NCBI GenBank assembly: GCA_022822205.1
Contig: JAJECC010000047.1
Location: 6,628 to 70,627 of the forward strand
Length of the DNA stretch: 64,000 bases
Source: Rhodospirillales bacterium
GTDB lineage: Bacteria > Pseudomonadota > Alphaproteobacteria > Rhodospirillales > UBA2165
Reading direction: 5' to 3'
In this document: positions 26,966 through 37,275 of the stretch, in pieces
Layout of the letters: each line of letters begins with the position of its first letter
Numbering within the stretch: position 1 is the first letter of the stretch
Made by a program: the position numbers and the translations under genes
Notes under the pieces: generated by a model
Databases searched by the model: none
What the model saw: only the letters and a program-made list of their open reading frames with translations
Told to the model about the DNA's origin: nothing

Positions 26966-27961
26966 CTAACCTCGGACCTCGGACTGTTTCCGCGCCGCCT
27001 TGACCCGTGAAACGCGGCCCTTGGCTTCGGTCACATCCTTCTTGGTCCGGGTGGGCGGCAGACGCTTGCCCTTGGGCAAGCCGGTCAGGAACCACTCGGC
27101 GAAGGTATCGGGATGGGGGTCGTAGCTCTTGGGCTTCCAGTTCTCGGTGCAGAAGTCCTCATCGCAGAAATATTCGTTGGGAGCGCCGACGGGGCTCTGG
27201 ACATACCAGAAGTAGCACGACGAGACGATATGCCGGCCGGGTCCGACAGCGGTTTCCCAGCCGTTCTTCTGCATATACTGGCCGCCGCCGATCATCTCGC
27301 TGACGTCGCGCACCGCGAAGGCCAGATGGTTGAGGCCCGGCGCATCGTCGTGAAGAAAAAACACTTGATGATGTCCGGCGCGGATGGCCGACCGGAGAAA
27401 CACGCCGCGGCCGGTGTAGCGGTCGGTGAGGTGGAATCCCAGCCGCTTGCGGTAAAAGTTCTCCATCGCCTTCAGGTCGGGGACATTAAAGACGATGTGA
27501 CCGATTCCCACCGGTTTGGCGCGGTCGTAATAGATCGCGCGCTCGTCGACCCGGTGGACGTTTTCCGGACCGTTCATCGGGATGATCACAGGCTTCACGT
27601 TGATCCGCCGGCTGACCCGGAAGCCGAGGCACAACCCAACCGGATCGGTCACATAGAACGTGCCGTCCTCGTCCTCGGTGATTTCGTGATCCCTTGCGAG
27701 ATCGGCCTTGAGCGCCTTCAGGTTGTCCCGGGTATCGACGCCCCAGACCAAAATCCGAATGGTGGAGCCTTTCTCGAAGGCCGGCGGCAGGTGCTTCGCC
27801 GTCCGCGGAAAAATTTCGACGCGGGATTTATTGGACGCTTCGTAGATCGAATGCTTCGGCGAGCTCTTGATCTTCTTGAGCCCGAAGTCGGTATAGAACT
27901 GCTGCGCCTTCTTCATGCTCTCAACGCCGAAGACCACGCGATCGACACCTACAATAGCCAT
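26966..27961 (-). CDS. VOC family protein, type I extradiol-dioxygenase-like
   Basis: GIGHIVFNV, HHQVFF, GLNHLAF, GPGRH, PNEY (His-His-Glu triad). Confidence 0.8.
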   Translation of the reverse strand: MAIVGVDRVVFGVESMKKAQQFYTDFGLKKIKSSPKHSIYEASNKSRVEIFPRTAKHLPPAFEKGSTIRILVWGVDTRDNLKALKADLARDHEITEDEDGTFYVTDPVGLCLGFRVSRRINVKPVIIPMNGPENVHRVDERAIYYDRAKPVGIGHIVFNVPDLKAMENFYRKRLGFHLTDRYTGRGVFLRSAIRAGHHQVFFLHDDAPGLNHLAFAVRDVSEMIGGGQYMQKNGWETAVGPGRHIVSSCYFWYVQSPVGAPNEYFCDEDFCTENWKPKSYDPHPDTFAEWFLTGLPKGKRLPPTRTKKDVTEAKGRVSRVKAARKQSEVRG

Positions 27962-28058
27962 GTTTCCTCACCCGCGATGGACGATTGTTGTTCGCGGCGG
28001 ACATTAGCACCCGCGGGCGGCCGCCCAAATTAGGCCGCCCCGGTTGTCCGTCGCTCGG

Positions 28059-28541
28059 TCAGCTATTGAAGTCCAGCAGGGCCGGCGAGATCAAGACGCC
28101 GAAGGCTTCGCACCAGATGACGACGCTCTTGAAGTCCTTCAGGTTCACCGAGGCGGGGATGCCATAGTTCTGGCTGCCCTTGAAGGCGCGAAGCCCGCCG
28201 AGGTCGAAATACTCGGCGTTCTTGACGTCCGCCGAACGTTTGATGCCGGCTGCCTTCGACAAATAGACGTGGTACTTCGGCCCGGGGCCGACGTTGAAAT
28301 CCTTGCCCAGATGAACCTCGTCGGCGAAGACCGTCACTTTGCCGGAGCCGAAATGCACCGGATCGGCGGGATTTGCGTGAATGAACGTGCCGGTTGCGAC
28401 CACCGCCTTGGTGTCGGCTATGGCTTCATCGGCAACGATATCCGACTGGAATATGAACGGGAACACGAAGATGCCGGCCGCAAACCCGAAACCGGTGCCG
28501 GCGACACCGCCCAAAAGGAACCACAAGATAATCTTCTTCAT
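28059..28541 (-). CDS. DM13 domain protein with N-terminal membrane anchor
   Basis: GPGPKYHVYL, DLGGLRAFKGSQNY, SVVIWCEAFGV. Confidence 0.85.
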   Translation of the reverse strand: MKKIILWFLLGGVAGTGFGFAAGIFVFPFIFQSDIVADEAIADTKAVVATGTFIHANPADPVHFGSGKVTVFADEVHLGKDFNVGPGPKYHVYLSKAAGIKRSADVKNAEYFDLGGLRAFKGSQNYGIPASVNLKDFKSVVIWCEAFGVLISPALLDFNS

Positions 28542-28591
28542 CGCGTGCTCTCCATCAGCAACAGTGTGCTCCCGCTCCGCTGATAAATGAC

Positions 28592-29494
28592 CTACACCAG
28601 TTGGTATTCCCCATCCGGCGAGATTTCTCCCACGGACACCAGCTGGCCCGTGTCGACCATATGGATGATGTGGGCGAGAACCGAACGCCGGGCCGCGGGA
28701 ATAAGCCGCTCATCGAGCCCCTGGTACATGGAACTAACCATCTCGGGAATATGATTCAACCCCCGTTCGATGCACTTGGCGATCTGGGTCTCCCGCTGCC
28801 GGCGGTGCGCAATCAACGCCCGGACGTATGACCTCGGATTGTCCACGGGATGGCCGTGGGTCGGCCAATAGATGGCTTCATCCCGTTCGGTGAGACGTTG
28901 GAGACTCGCCATATAAGCGCCCATGTCGCCGTCCGGCGGAGAGACGACGGTGGTCGACCAGCCCATCACATGGTCCCCGGGAAACAGTGCGTTCTCTTCC
29001 GGGAGCGCGTAACACATGTGGTTCGAGGTGTGGCCCGGCGTGAAGACGCATTCCAGGCTCCACCCCCCGCCCTCGATGACATCGCCGTCGCGGACCTCCA
29101 CATCGGGGATGAAGTCCCGGTCTCCTCCTTCCTCCAGCGTCGGGCTGTCACCCGTCTGGCCCGAACCGTGAGGGCCATAGGCATAGGTCATGGCGCCGGT
29201 CGCCTCCTGCACCGGTCCGGCCGCCGGGGAATGATCGTGGTGCGTATGGGTGACGACGATGTGCGACACGGTCTCGCCGGAGAGCGCCTTCAGTTGGGCG
29301 TCGATATGTTCCGCCAGGTCCGGACCGGGATCGATGATCGCCACCTCTCCATGGCCGACGATGTAGGTCCCGGTCCCCTTGTAGGTGAACGGGCCGGGAT
29401 TGCGGGCGACGATGCGCCGGATCAGCGGTGAAACCGTCTCGATCACCGCATACTCGGCATCGAAGTCACGCCGGAATTTGAGCTCGCCGGTCAT
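28592..29494 (-). CDS. MBL-fold metallo-hydrolase
   Basis: NPGPFTYKGTGTY, THTHHDHS, TPGHTSNH, GDHVM, PTHG. Confidence 0.88.
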   Translation of the reverse strand: MTGELKFRRDFDAEYAVIETVSPLIRRIVARNPGPFTYKGTGTYIVGHGEVAIIDPGPDLAEHIDAQLKALSGETVSHIVVTHTHHDHSPAAGPVQEATGAMTYAYGPHGSGQTGDSPTLEEGGDRDFIPDVEVRDGDVIEGGGWSLECVFTPGHTSNHMCYALPEENALFPGDHVMGWSTTVVSPPDGDMGAYMASLQRLTERDEAIYWPTHGHPVDNPRSYVRALIAHRRQRETQIAKCIERGLNHIPEMVSSMYQGLDERLIPAARRSVLAHIIHMVDTGQLVSVGEISPDGEYQLV

Positions 29495-29509
29495 GTGCGG
29501 AGTATACGG

Positions 29510-30889
29510 TTATTCCCCGGGGTTTCGAGACGGGAGACGCAGGGACGCCTTCACGCCGGGCCGGGCATCTTCGAGGCGGAGCTCTCCATCGTGCAGGTGG
29601 GCGATCGCGCGGACCAGGCTCAGGCCCAGGCCGCTGCCGGTACTGTTGCGGCTGGCTTCGAGCCGGACAAATCGTTGAGTTACCCGCTCGCGATCGTTTT
29701 CGGGAATTCCCGGGCCTGAATCGGTCACCGAGATTTCGACCGCGTCCCCGGACCGATCGGCGCGAATCACGATGGCGCCGCCGTTTTCCGAATACTTGAT
29801 GGCGTTGTCGATGAGATTGGCCAGTGCTTGGGACAGCAGCTGCCGGTCGCCCGCGAAGTCGATTTTCCCGTGAACCGCCGCCGAAAGGCCGAGGCCCTTC
29901 TCCGCTGCCGACGGCTCATAGAGTTCGGCGAGATCGTCGATGAACGGGCCGAGGTCGATTGTCTCCGGGGAAATCTCCAGTTGCCCCGCCTCGGCCTTGG
30001 CGATGTTCAGCAATGCGTTGAAGGTGGCCAGAAGATCATCGGCTTCGGCGATCGTCGCCTCGAGCGCGTCGCGGAATTGTTCGGCGCTCCCCTCGCCCAT
30101 GAGCGTGACTTCAAGACGGCTTCTGAGCCGGTTCAAGGGACTGCGAAGATCGTGGGCGATATTGTCGGTAACCTCGCGGAGGCTGTTCACCAGCCGCTCG
30201 ATCTGGTCGAGCATCTCGTTGAGATTAAGCGCAAGTTGGTCCAACTCGTCGTTGGCGCCCCGAACCGGGATTCGCTGATCCAGTTCGCCGGCCATGATTT
30301 CCCGGCTGGTCCGGTTGATGACCTCCACGCGGCGCAGCAGATTGCGGCTCATGAGAATGCCGCCCGCCAAGCCCAGCGCCAAGGTCAACGCCAGCGCCCA
30401 TGCGAGCGAAGTGCGGATGAACTCGATAACCTCGGATTGGCCGTGGATGTCGCGGCCGACCAGCAGCTGAAATTCACCGGGAACGATCAGGTGCCGCGCG
30501 CGGGCCGGGTGGGTCTCGACCCTGCCCCCGACGGGCCGCCGATAGGGAAATTCCAGCCATCCGCCCGGCCGGGTTTCCACCTCGGGCCAGGCGTTCAGGT
30601 TCCCGGCAATCACGAACCGGTTGCCGTCGGTCAGCAGGTAGAGGCTCTGGCGCTGATTGCGGCTGCGCTCCCGAACGACGTCGGCGAGCCCCACCAGCCC
30701 TGAACGGCGATACTGTTCCGACAGGCCGGTAATCTCCGCGGCGATGGTTTCATCGGTCTGCGACGTGGTGAGCCGGGCGGTCGACCAGTAAATGAAGCCA
30801 AGCAGCAACAAGACCGAAGCGCCGAACACCGACAGGTAGATCAGCGACAGCCGAAAGGTCGACGTCTTGAACAGCTTAGGAAGGTTCAC
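29510..30889 (-). CDS. HAMP-domain sensor histidine kinase
   Basis: NIAHDLRSPL, NLIDNAIKY, DSGPGI, GSGLGLSLV; GTG start at 30889 overlapping the response regulator stop. Confidence 0.9.
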   Translation of the reverse strand: MNLPKLFKTSTFRLSLIYLSVFGASVLLLLGFIYWSTARLTTSQTDETIAAEITGLSEQYRRSGLVGLADVVRERSRNQRQSLYLLTDGNRFVIAGNLNAWPEVETRPGGWLEFPYRRPVGGRVETHPARARHLIVPGEFQLLVGRDIHGQSEVIEFIRTSLAWALALTLALGLAGGILMSRNLLRRVEVINRTSREIMAGELDQRIPVRGANDELDQLALNLNEMLDQIERLVNSLREVTDNIAHDLRSPLNRLRSRLEVTLMGEGSAEQFRDALEATIAEADDLLATFNALLNIAKAEAGQLEISPETIDLGPFIDDLAELYEPSAAEKGLGLSAAVHGKIDFAGDRQLLSQALANLIDNAIKYSENGGAIVIRADRSGDAVEISVTDSGPGIPENDRERVTQRFVRLEASRNSTGSGLGLSLVRAIAHLHDGELRLEDARPGVKASLRLPSRNPGE

Positions 30890-31553
30890 GAAGACAATAC
30901 CCCGCCCCCCGGACCGTATGAAGCAATTGCCGGCCGAAGTCCTTGTCGATCTTGGCCCGCAACCGGCTGATATGGACATCGATAACGTTGGTCTGGGGAT
31001 CGAAGTGATAATCCCAGACGTTCTCCAGCAGCATGGTCCGCGTCACCGTCTGACCGGCATGGCGCAAGAGATACTCCAGGAGCCGGAACTCCCGGGGCTG
31101 CAGGGTGAGATCCACTCCCGCACGCCTGACCCGGCGGCTCAGCAGATCCATTTCCAGATCGGCGACGGACAGTTGGGTTTCCACCTGCTCGGGATTGCGG
31201 CGCCGGACGAGCGCCTCGATCCGCGCCAACAGTTCGGCGAACGCATACGGCTTTACGAGATAATCGTCGCCGCCGGCCTTCAGTCCCTTGACCCGGTCGT
31301 CGACATCGCCGAGGGCGCTCAGAAACAGGATGGGCTCGTCTATGCCTTCGGCGCGCAGCCGGTTGACCACGCTCAGGCCGTCCATTTTGGGCAACATGCG
31401 GTCGATCACCAAAACATCGTAGCCGCCCTCGGCCGCCAGGGCATAACCCTCCTCGCCGTCGGCGGCATGATCGGCCACATGGCCGCTCTCGGACAGGCCC
31501 CGCCGCATGTAGTCGGCGGCTTCCAGATCATCCTCGATCACCAAAATACGCAT
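30876..31553 (-). CDS. OmpR-family response regulator
   Basis: MRILVIEDD, IDRMLP, DDYLVKP, TNVIDVHISRLR, TVRGAGY. Confidence 0.92.
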   Translation of the reverse strand: MRILVIEDDLEAADYMRRGLSESGHVADHAADGEEGYALAAEGGYDVLVIDRMLPKMDGLSVVNRLRAEGIDEPILFLSALGDVDDRVKGLKAGGDDYLVKPYAFAELLARIEALVRRRNPEQVETQLSVADLEMDLLSRRVRRAGVDLTLQPREFRLLEYLLRHAGQTVTRTMLLENVWDYHFDPQTNVIDVHISRLRAKIDKDFGRQLLHTVRGAGYCLREPS

Positions 31554-31627
31554 GGCGGCTTTCATTCTCCGGGCTACCCTAAGGTAGTTCAATTTTCGGC
31601 GGATTTCACCTGGGCCTAAAAGGGGAC

Positions 31628-31651
31628 GGCGCCCGGCCCCGATCGGGCGCC
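31628..31651 (-). terminator. GC hairpin downstream of the protease gene, possible terminator
   Basis: GGCGCCCG/CGGGCGCC 8-bp stem; only a short U-run follows. Confidence 0.3.
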
Positions 31652-31680
31652 GGACACCGCTACCCCGTCCCGAGGCAGTA

Positions 31681-33219
31681 TTAGGCGTTGCGGAGAGGCA
31701 GCGCGACGAAGCGCTCATTGCCGCGCCGCTCGATAAGCAGCAGCACCGCGGATCGGTCAACGGCGCCGGCCCGTTCAATCGCATCGGCGACATCTCCGGG
31801 GGTTTCGACCGCTTGGCCGGCGACCGAGAGGATCACGTCGCCCCGGCTGAGGCCTTGGCGCGCCGCGGGACTGCCGGGCTCGATGGCGGTGATCACGACG
31901 CCTTCCGTATCCCGGTCCAGCCCGAAGGCGCGGCGGGTCTGCGGGTCCAGCGCCGCCAAACCGAGGCCCAGCTCGTCGCCGGTCTCCGCCTTGGCAACCG
32001 GTTCGGCCTCGGGCGAGCTTCCGATACGCGCCTCGATGGTACGCTTCCGGCCGTCGCGCCAGATCTCCATCTCGGCCTCGTCCCCCGCCTGCAGGGAACC
32101 GATGATCCGGGGCAGATCCTTGAGGCGCCCGACGGTCTCGCCGTTGACCTCCAGGATCACATCGCCCCGCTTCAGTCCGGCCTCATCCGCCGGGCTGTCA
32201 TCGGTCACCCGGGACACCAGCGCGCCGGCGGCCTCTTCAAGATCGAGACTGGCCGCCAGTTCTTCGGTGACCGCCTGGATATGAACGCCGAGCCAGCCCC
32301 GCTGGACCTTCCCATCGTCCTTCAAGTCTTCGATGACGGTCTCGGCGAGCGACGAAGGAATGGCAAACCCAATACCCACGTTGCCGCCCGACGGCGAGAA
32401 GATGGCGGTATTTACCCCGATCACCTCGCCCCGCAGGTTGAAGGCCGGACCACCGGAATTGCCCTGGTTGATCGGCGCGTCGATCTGCAGGAAGTCGTCG
32501 AACGGTCCCGCGCCGATGTCACGATCGCGGGACGAAATAATTCCGACCGTCGCCGTCTTGCCGACGCCGAACGGGTTGCCGATCGTCACGATCCAGTCGC
32601 CGACCCGCATATCGGCGGAGGATCCGAATGAAACCGTCGGCAGATCACGCTTGGCGTCGATTTTCAAAAGCGCGAGATCGGTCTTGTCATCCTGTCCGAC
32701 GAGCTTCGCCTCGTACGTCTTGCCGTCATGCATGACGACCGTGATTTCGTCGGCATCATCGATGACATGGTGGTTGGTGACGATCAGCCCGTCCTTTTCG
32801 ATGATGAAGCCGGAGCCGAGCCCCTGGGTCCGAGGCCCCCGCGACTCACCTCGGAATTTGGGCCGTTCGGGCATTCCGAATTGCTTGCTTCCGTCTTCGC
32901 CGAAGAAGCGCCGGAAGAACTCTTCGAATTGGGGCGGCATCTGGCCGGACGACAACGCCGGACCGGCGGCCCGTTTCTCGACCCGGATGGTGACCACGGC
33001 AGGGCTCACCCGCTCCACCACATCGGCGATATTTACCGGCATCGCCGGGACGGGCGCCGCCTGGACGGATTTCACCGCTTCGGCGGAATTCACCGCGGAT
33101 TTCCGGTCCAATTGGTCGGCGAATGCGATCCCGCCGGCGATCGTGCCGGTCGCGAGAGCCGTGATTGCCATCACGCCGAGAAGTTTTGACTTCGGTGTAG
33201 GTAAGAGTCGTCTTCGCAT
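31681..33219 (-). CDS. DegP/DegQ (HtrA) periplasmic serine protease with two PDZ domains
   Basis: GLGSGFII, TNHHV, DLALL, NQGNSGG; signal peptide; ATG 33219 after GGAG. Confidence 0.92.
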   Translation of the reverse strand: MRRRLLPTPKSKLLGVMAITALATGTIAGGIAFADQLDRKSAVNSAEAVKSVQAAPVPAMPVNIADVVERVSPAVVTIRVEKRAAGPALSSGQMPPQFEEFFRRFFGEDGSKQFGMPERPKFRGESRGPRTQGLGSGFIIEKDGLIVTNHHVIDDADEITVVMHDGKTYEAKLVGQDDKTDLALLKIDAKRDLPTVSFGSSADMRVGDWIVTIGNPFGVGKTATVGIISSRDRDIGAGPFDDFLQIDAPINQGNSGGPAFNLRGEVIGVNTAIFSPSGGNVGIGFAIPSSLAETVIEDLKDDGKVQRGWLGVHIQAVTEELAASLDLEEAAGALVSRVTDDSPADEAGLKRGDVILEVNGETVGRLKDLPRIIGSLQAGDEAEMEIWRDGRKRTIEARIGSSPEAEPVAKAETGDELGLGLAALDPQTRRAFGLDRDTEGVVITAIEPGSPAARQGLSRGDVILSVAGQAVETPGDVADAIERAGAVDRSAVLLLIERRGNERFVALPLRNA

Positions 33220-33419
33220 CTCAATTCTCCTTGAAATCGAAAGAATTTCCGGGCATCGGAAGCGCAAACTCGCTTAATTTCCAATGCCGTCGAGAATTGA
33301 GACTAGCTATTGCCGTCTAACCGCTACCTGTCCGGCGGATTACTATTCGGTAATATTTGTCCAAGAACAATCGAAGACGAGGACGCTGAGGAAAACCCCG
33401 ACGCCCGAGCCCGTCCCGC

Positions 33420-34583
33420 CTAACCCAGCACTTTCTCAACCAACCGCACCCAGAACGATGCTCCGATGGGAAGAATCTCGTCGTTGAACTCGTAGCGCGT
33501 ATTGTGGAGCGGATATGTTTCCCGGTCCGGGAATCCGGCGCCAAGGCGGACAAAGGTGCCCGGCCGCTCATTCAGCATGAACGCGAAATCCTCGGACGCC
33601 ATGGTCGGCGGATAGGCCTGTTCCAGATTTTCCTCACCGACCACGTCAACCGCCACCGAACGGGCAATCTCGCTTTCCGGGCCGTTATTGACCAACACCG
33701 GATAGAGCTGCTCGTACGAGACGTCCGCGCTGCCGCCGTGGGCCGACGCGATGCCGCCGGCGATCTGCTCGATCTGCGGTTTGATGGTCTTCTCCGGATC
33801 CAGGGCGAAGGACCGGACCGTTCCGCCCAGCACCGCCTGATCGGGGATCACGTTCATTGCGTCACCGGCATGGAACTGCGTTACCGATACGACGATGGCG
33901 TCGATCGGATTGGTGGCCCGGCTCGAGATGGTCTGAAGTCCCGAGACGATTTCCGCACCGATCACCACCGGATCAATCCCCTGGTGGGGGGCGGCTGCGT
34001 GGCTGCCGCGCCCTTTCACGACAATCTCGAATTTCGCCGCCGATGCCATTCCCGGCCCCTCACCGATGCTGATCTTGCCGGCCGGCATGTTGGGCCAGTT
34101 ATGCATGCCGTAGACGGTGTCGGCGGGAAACTTGTCAAACAGCCCTTCCTCCACCATCACCTGGCCGCCGCCCGCCATCTCCTCTGCCGGCTGGAAGATG
34201 AAATGAACGGTGCCGTTGAAATTTTTCGTCTCCGCGAGGTGCTTGGCGGCGCCCAACAGCATGGTCGTGTGCCCGTCGTGCCCGCAGGCATGCATCTTGC
34301 CGGGCACCTGGGATTTGTACGGAAGGTCGGTCTGCTCGGGCATGTCGAGAGCGTCCATGTCGGCGCGAAGGCCGATGGAGGGTCCGTCGCCATTGACCAG
34401 CGTACCGACGACGCCGGTCGTCGCCATGCCCCGATCGATCCCGATGCCGAATGCCGAGAGCTTTTCGGCCACCAAATCCGACGTCCGATGCTCTTCAAAC
34501 GCCGTTTCCGGATGAGCGTGAATATCCTGCCGCCAGGACGCCATTTCGTCCTTGAGGGCGTCGAGTTCCTTGATGACCGCCAT
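33420..34583 (-). CDS. M20 aminoacylase/hippurate hydrolase family amidohydrolase
   Basis: HAHPETAFEE, LRADMDAL, MHACGHDGH, QPAEE, GMHNWP, SEDF. Confidence 0.9.
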   Translation of the reverse strand: MAVIKELDALKDEMASWRQDIHAHPETAFEEHRTSDLVAEKLSAFGIGIDRGMATTGVVGTLVNGDGPSIGLRADMDALDMPEQTDLPYKSQVPGKMHACGHDGHTTMLLGAAKHLAETKNFNGTVHFIFQPAEEMAGGGQVMVEEGLFDKFPADTVYGMHNWPNMPAGKISIGEGPGMASAAKFEIVVKGRGSHAAAPHQGIDPVVIGAEIVSGLQTISSRATNPIDAIVVSVTQFHAGDAMNVIPDQAVLGGTVRSFALDPEKTIKPQIEQIAGGIASAHGGSADVSYEQLYPVLVNNGPESEIARSVAVDVVGEENLEQAYPPTMASEDFAFMLNERPGTFVRLGAGFPDRETYPLHNTRYEFNDEILPIGASFWVRLVEKVLG

Positions 34584-34713
34584 CGTATTTCCCGTTCCAG
34601 ACCATGCCCCGGGAGTTTGGCCAATACGGGCCGTTTGCTCAACCACCGCCTTGGCCTTGACTTGCCGTTTCCATGGGCCAAGTTGCTATTCCTACGCCGC
34701 TCACGGGATTCTC

Positions 34714-35571
34714 ATGACCACCAATCTGCCAGCCGACCTTGATGCCGACGAGGTCAACCGAATTGTCGATGCGGCCATCGCCGAAGATGTGGGCAAGGGC
34801 GACATCACATCCCGGGCCGTCATTCCCGAGGAAACGGATTTCGAGGGCGTCATGGCGGCACGGGAACCCGTTGTCGTCGCCGGGCTGGGGATCGCCCAGC
34901 TGGTTTTCGAAAAGTTTTCCCCTGAGATTTCATTCGATGCACTCGTCGCCGAGGGCGAAGCGGTTGAAACGGGAACCGCCCTGGCCCGGATTTCCGGTCC
35001 CGCGGGCGAGCTTCTCGCCGCGGAACGCACGGCCATAAATTTCGTCCAGCATCTTTCCGGCATTGCAACGCTCACGCGGGTCTACGCCGACGCCATTGCC
35101 TCCGAAAACACGATGCTTCTGGACACCCGCAAGACCATTCCGGGCCTCAGGCAGTTGGAGAAATACGCGACCCGGATGGGCGGGGCGACCAACCACCGCA
35201 TGCGCCTCGACGACGGCGTGCTGATCAAGGACAACCACGTGGCGGTCGCGGGCGGCATCGGCGAGGCGGTCCGCCGGGCCATCGATGCCCGCCTGAAGCA
35301 TGTCGAAGTGGAGTGCGACACGTTGGAGCAGGTCGCCGAGGCCGCGGCATCTGGCGCGGAGCGCATTCTGCTGGACAACATGAGCCCGGACGGCATGCGC
35401 CGGGCCATCGAAATCATCGATAACCGCTGCACCACCGAGGCTTCGGGCGACGTGACCCTGGACAACATCAAGGCGGTGGCGGCGTCCGGCGTCGATTACG
35501 TATCGGTAGGGCGGCTGACCCACTCTGCGCCCGCGGCGAATATCGGGCTCGATTGGACCCCGGCGAGTTAG
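34714..35571 (+). CDS. nadC: Nicotinate-nucleotide pyrophosphorylase (carboxylating)
   Basis: EDVGKGDIT, AERTAINF, LDTRKT, NHRMRLDDGVLIKDNH, LLDNM, EASG. Confidence 0.95.
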   Translation: MTTNLPADLDADEVNRIVDAAIAEDVGKGDITSRAVIPEETDFEGVMAAREPVVVAGLGIAQLVFEKFSPEISFDALVAEGEAVETGTALARISGPAGELLAAERTAINFVQHLSGIATLTRVYADAIASENTMLLDTRKTIPGLRQLEKYATRMGGATNHRMRLDDGVLIKDNHVAVAGGIGEAVRRAIDARLKHVEVECDTLEQVAEAAASGAERILLDNMSPDGMRRAIEIIDNRCTTEASGDVTLDNIKAVAASGVDYVSVGRLTHSAPAANIGLDWTPAS

Positions 35572-35577
35572 CCGGCC

Positions 35578-37242
35578 CTATGACATCCCCACGATCTCGC
35601 CGTCCGAACCAATCGAAATCGCATTGGCCGCCGGTTCCCGCGGCAGCCCGGGCATGGTCATCATGTCGCCGCAGACCGCGACGATGAATCCGGCCCCGGC
35701 GCTGAGCCGGATTTCCCTCACCGGGAACGGAAAATTCGTCGGCGCCCCGAGCGCTTTCGGGTCGGTCGAGAAACTGAATTGGGTTTTGGCGATGCACACC
35801 GGCACATTGCCCCACCCGGCAGCTTCCAAATCCCGAATTCGAGCGGCCGCCGCGTTCGAAAGCTCGATGCCGCCGGACCGATAAACCTTGCGCGCAATGG
35901 CGCCGATTTTCTCGGCAATGGGGGCCTCCAGATCGTAGGTGAAGTCGGGCTCGGCCGGCTCCCCGGCCGTCATCTCGACGACGGCGCGGGCCAGGCTTTT
36001 GGCGCCGGCGCCGCCGTCCGCGAAGTGCGTGCATTCCTCGAAGCGAAAATCGTCGGCCGCGCAGAGTTCGGCCAGTTTCGCCACCTCGGCATCTCCATCG
36101 GCCGCGAAGCGATTTAGGGCGACGATCACCGGCAGCCCAAATTTCCGCATGTTTTCCGCGTGACGGCCCAGGTTCGCAAACCCCGCGCCGACGGCATCGG
36201 CGTTTTCGGTTTCGATGTCGCCCAATCCCACGCCGCCATGGGATTTGAGGGCGCGGATTGTCGCGACAATCACCGCCGCCGACGGGCGAAGACCGGCAAG
36301 CCGGGATTTGATGTCGATAAACTTTTCCGCACCGAGATCGGCGCCGAAACCGGCTTCGGTCACCACAAAGTCGGCGAGCTTCAAGCCCGCGCGCGTCGCC
36401 GCGACGGACGAGCACCCGTGGGCGATGTTGGCGAAGGGGCCGCCATGAACCAGGGCCGGCGTGCCCCCGGCGGTCTGAACCAGGTTCGGCCGGATGGCAT
36501 CCTTCAGCAGGACCGCCATCGCTCCCGCCGCGTCGATATCCCCGGCGGTGATCATCTCCCGCCGCCGGGTCCGGCCGACGACAATGCGGGACAGCCGCCG
36601 GGTGAAATCATCCAATCCTTCGGCGAGGCAAAGGATGGCCATGACCTCGGAAGCCGCGGTGATATCGAACCCGCCCTCCCGGGCAAATCCATTCGAGACC
36701 CCGCCGAGCGAGAGGGCGACCTGCCGAAGGGCCCGATCGTTCATGTCGAGGACTCGCGGCCAACTGACCCGCCGAGAGTCCAGGCCGGTCCCGTTTTCCC
36801 AATAGATGTGATTGTCGATCATCGCCGCCAACAAATTATGCGCGGCCGTTACGGCGTGGAGATCCCCGGTGAAGTGCAGGTTGATGTCGTCCGACGGCTC
36901 GATGGTCGACTTGCCGCCGCCGGTCCCCCCGCCTTTCATGCCAAAGACGGGGCCCAGGCTGGGTTCGCGGAGGCAAACGACCGCCCGTTCACCGATCCTT
37001 GAGAGACCGTCCGCCAATCCGATGCTGGTGGTCGTCTTTCCCTCGCCGTAGCGGGTGGGGGTCATCGCCGTGACGAGAATCAGTTTGCCGTCGGTTTGCC
37101 CGTCGAGGCGATTTAGAAACTTCAAGGAGAGTTTGGCCTTTCGAGTACCGTAGGATTCAAGGGCATCCGCCGGAATGTCGAGCAGCGCGCCGATCTCATC
37201 GATCGGCCGCAAAAACCGTCCTTCGTCCGCCTCCCCGGCCAT
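35578..37242 (-). CDS. fhs: Formate--tetrahydrofolate ligase
   Basis: TPTRYGEGKTT, REPSLGP, HFTGD, HGGPFANIAHG, TEAGFGADLG, MTMPGLP. Confidence 0.95.
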   Translation of the reverse strand: MAGEADEGRFLRPIDEIGALLDIPADALESYGTRKAKLSLKFLNRLDGQTDGKLILVTAMTPTRYGEGKTTTSIGLADGLSRIGERAVVCLREPSLGPVFGMKGGGTGGGKSTIEPSDDINLHFTGDLHAVTAAHNLLAAMIDNHIYWENGTGLDSRRVSWPRVLDMNDRALRQVALSLGGVSNGFAREGGFDITAASEVMAILCLAEGLDDFTRRLSRIVVGRTRRREMITAGDIDAAGAMAVLLKDAIRPNLVQTAGGTPALVHGGPFANIAHGCSSVAATRAGLKLADFVVTEAGFGADLGAEKFIDIKSRLAGLRPSAAVIVATIRALKSHGGVGLGDIETENADAVGAGFANLGRHAENMRKFGLPVIVALNRFAADGDAEVAKLAELCAADDFRFEECTHFADGGAGAKSLARAVVEMTAGEPAEPDFTYDLEAPIAEKIGAIARKVYRSGGIELSNAAAARIRDLEAAGWGNVPVCIAKTQFSFSTDPKALGAPTNFPFPVREIRLSAGAGFIVAVCGDMMTMPGLPREPAANAISIGSDGEIVGMS

Positions 37243-37275
37243 GCCGCGCGCTCCCAGTCTTTAACCCTGTCCCGT

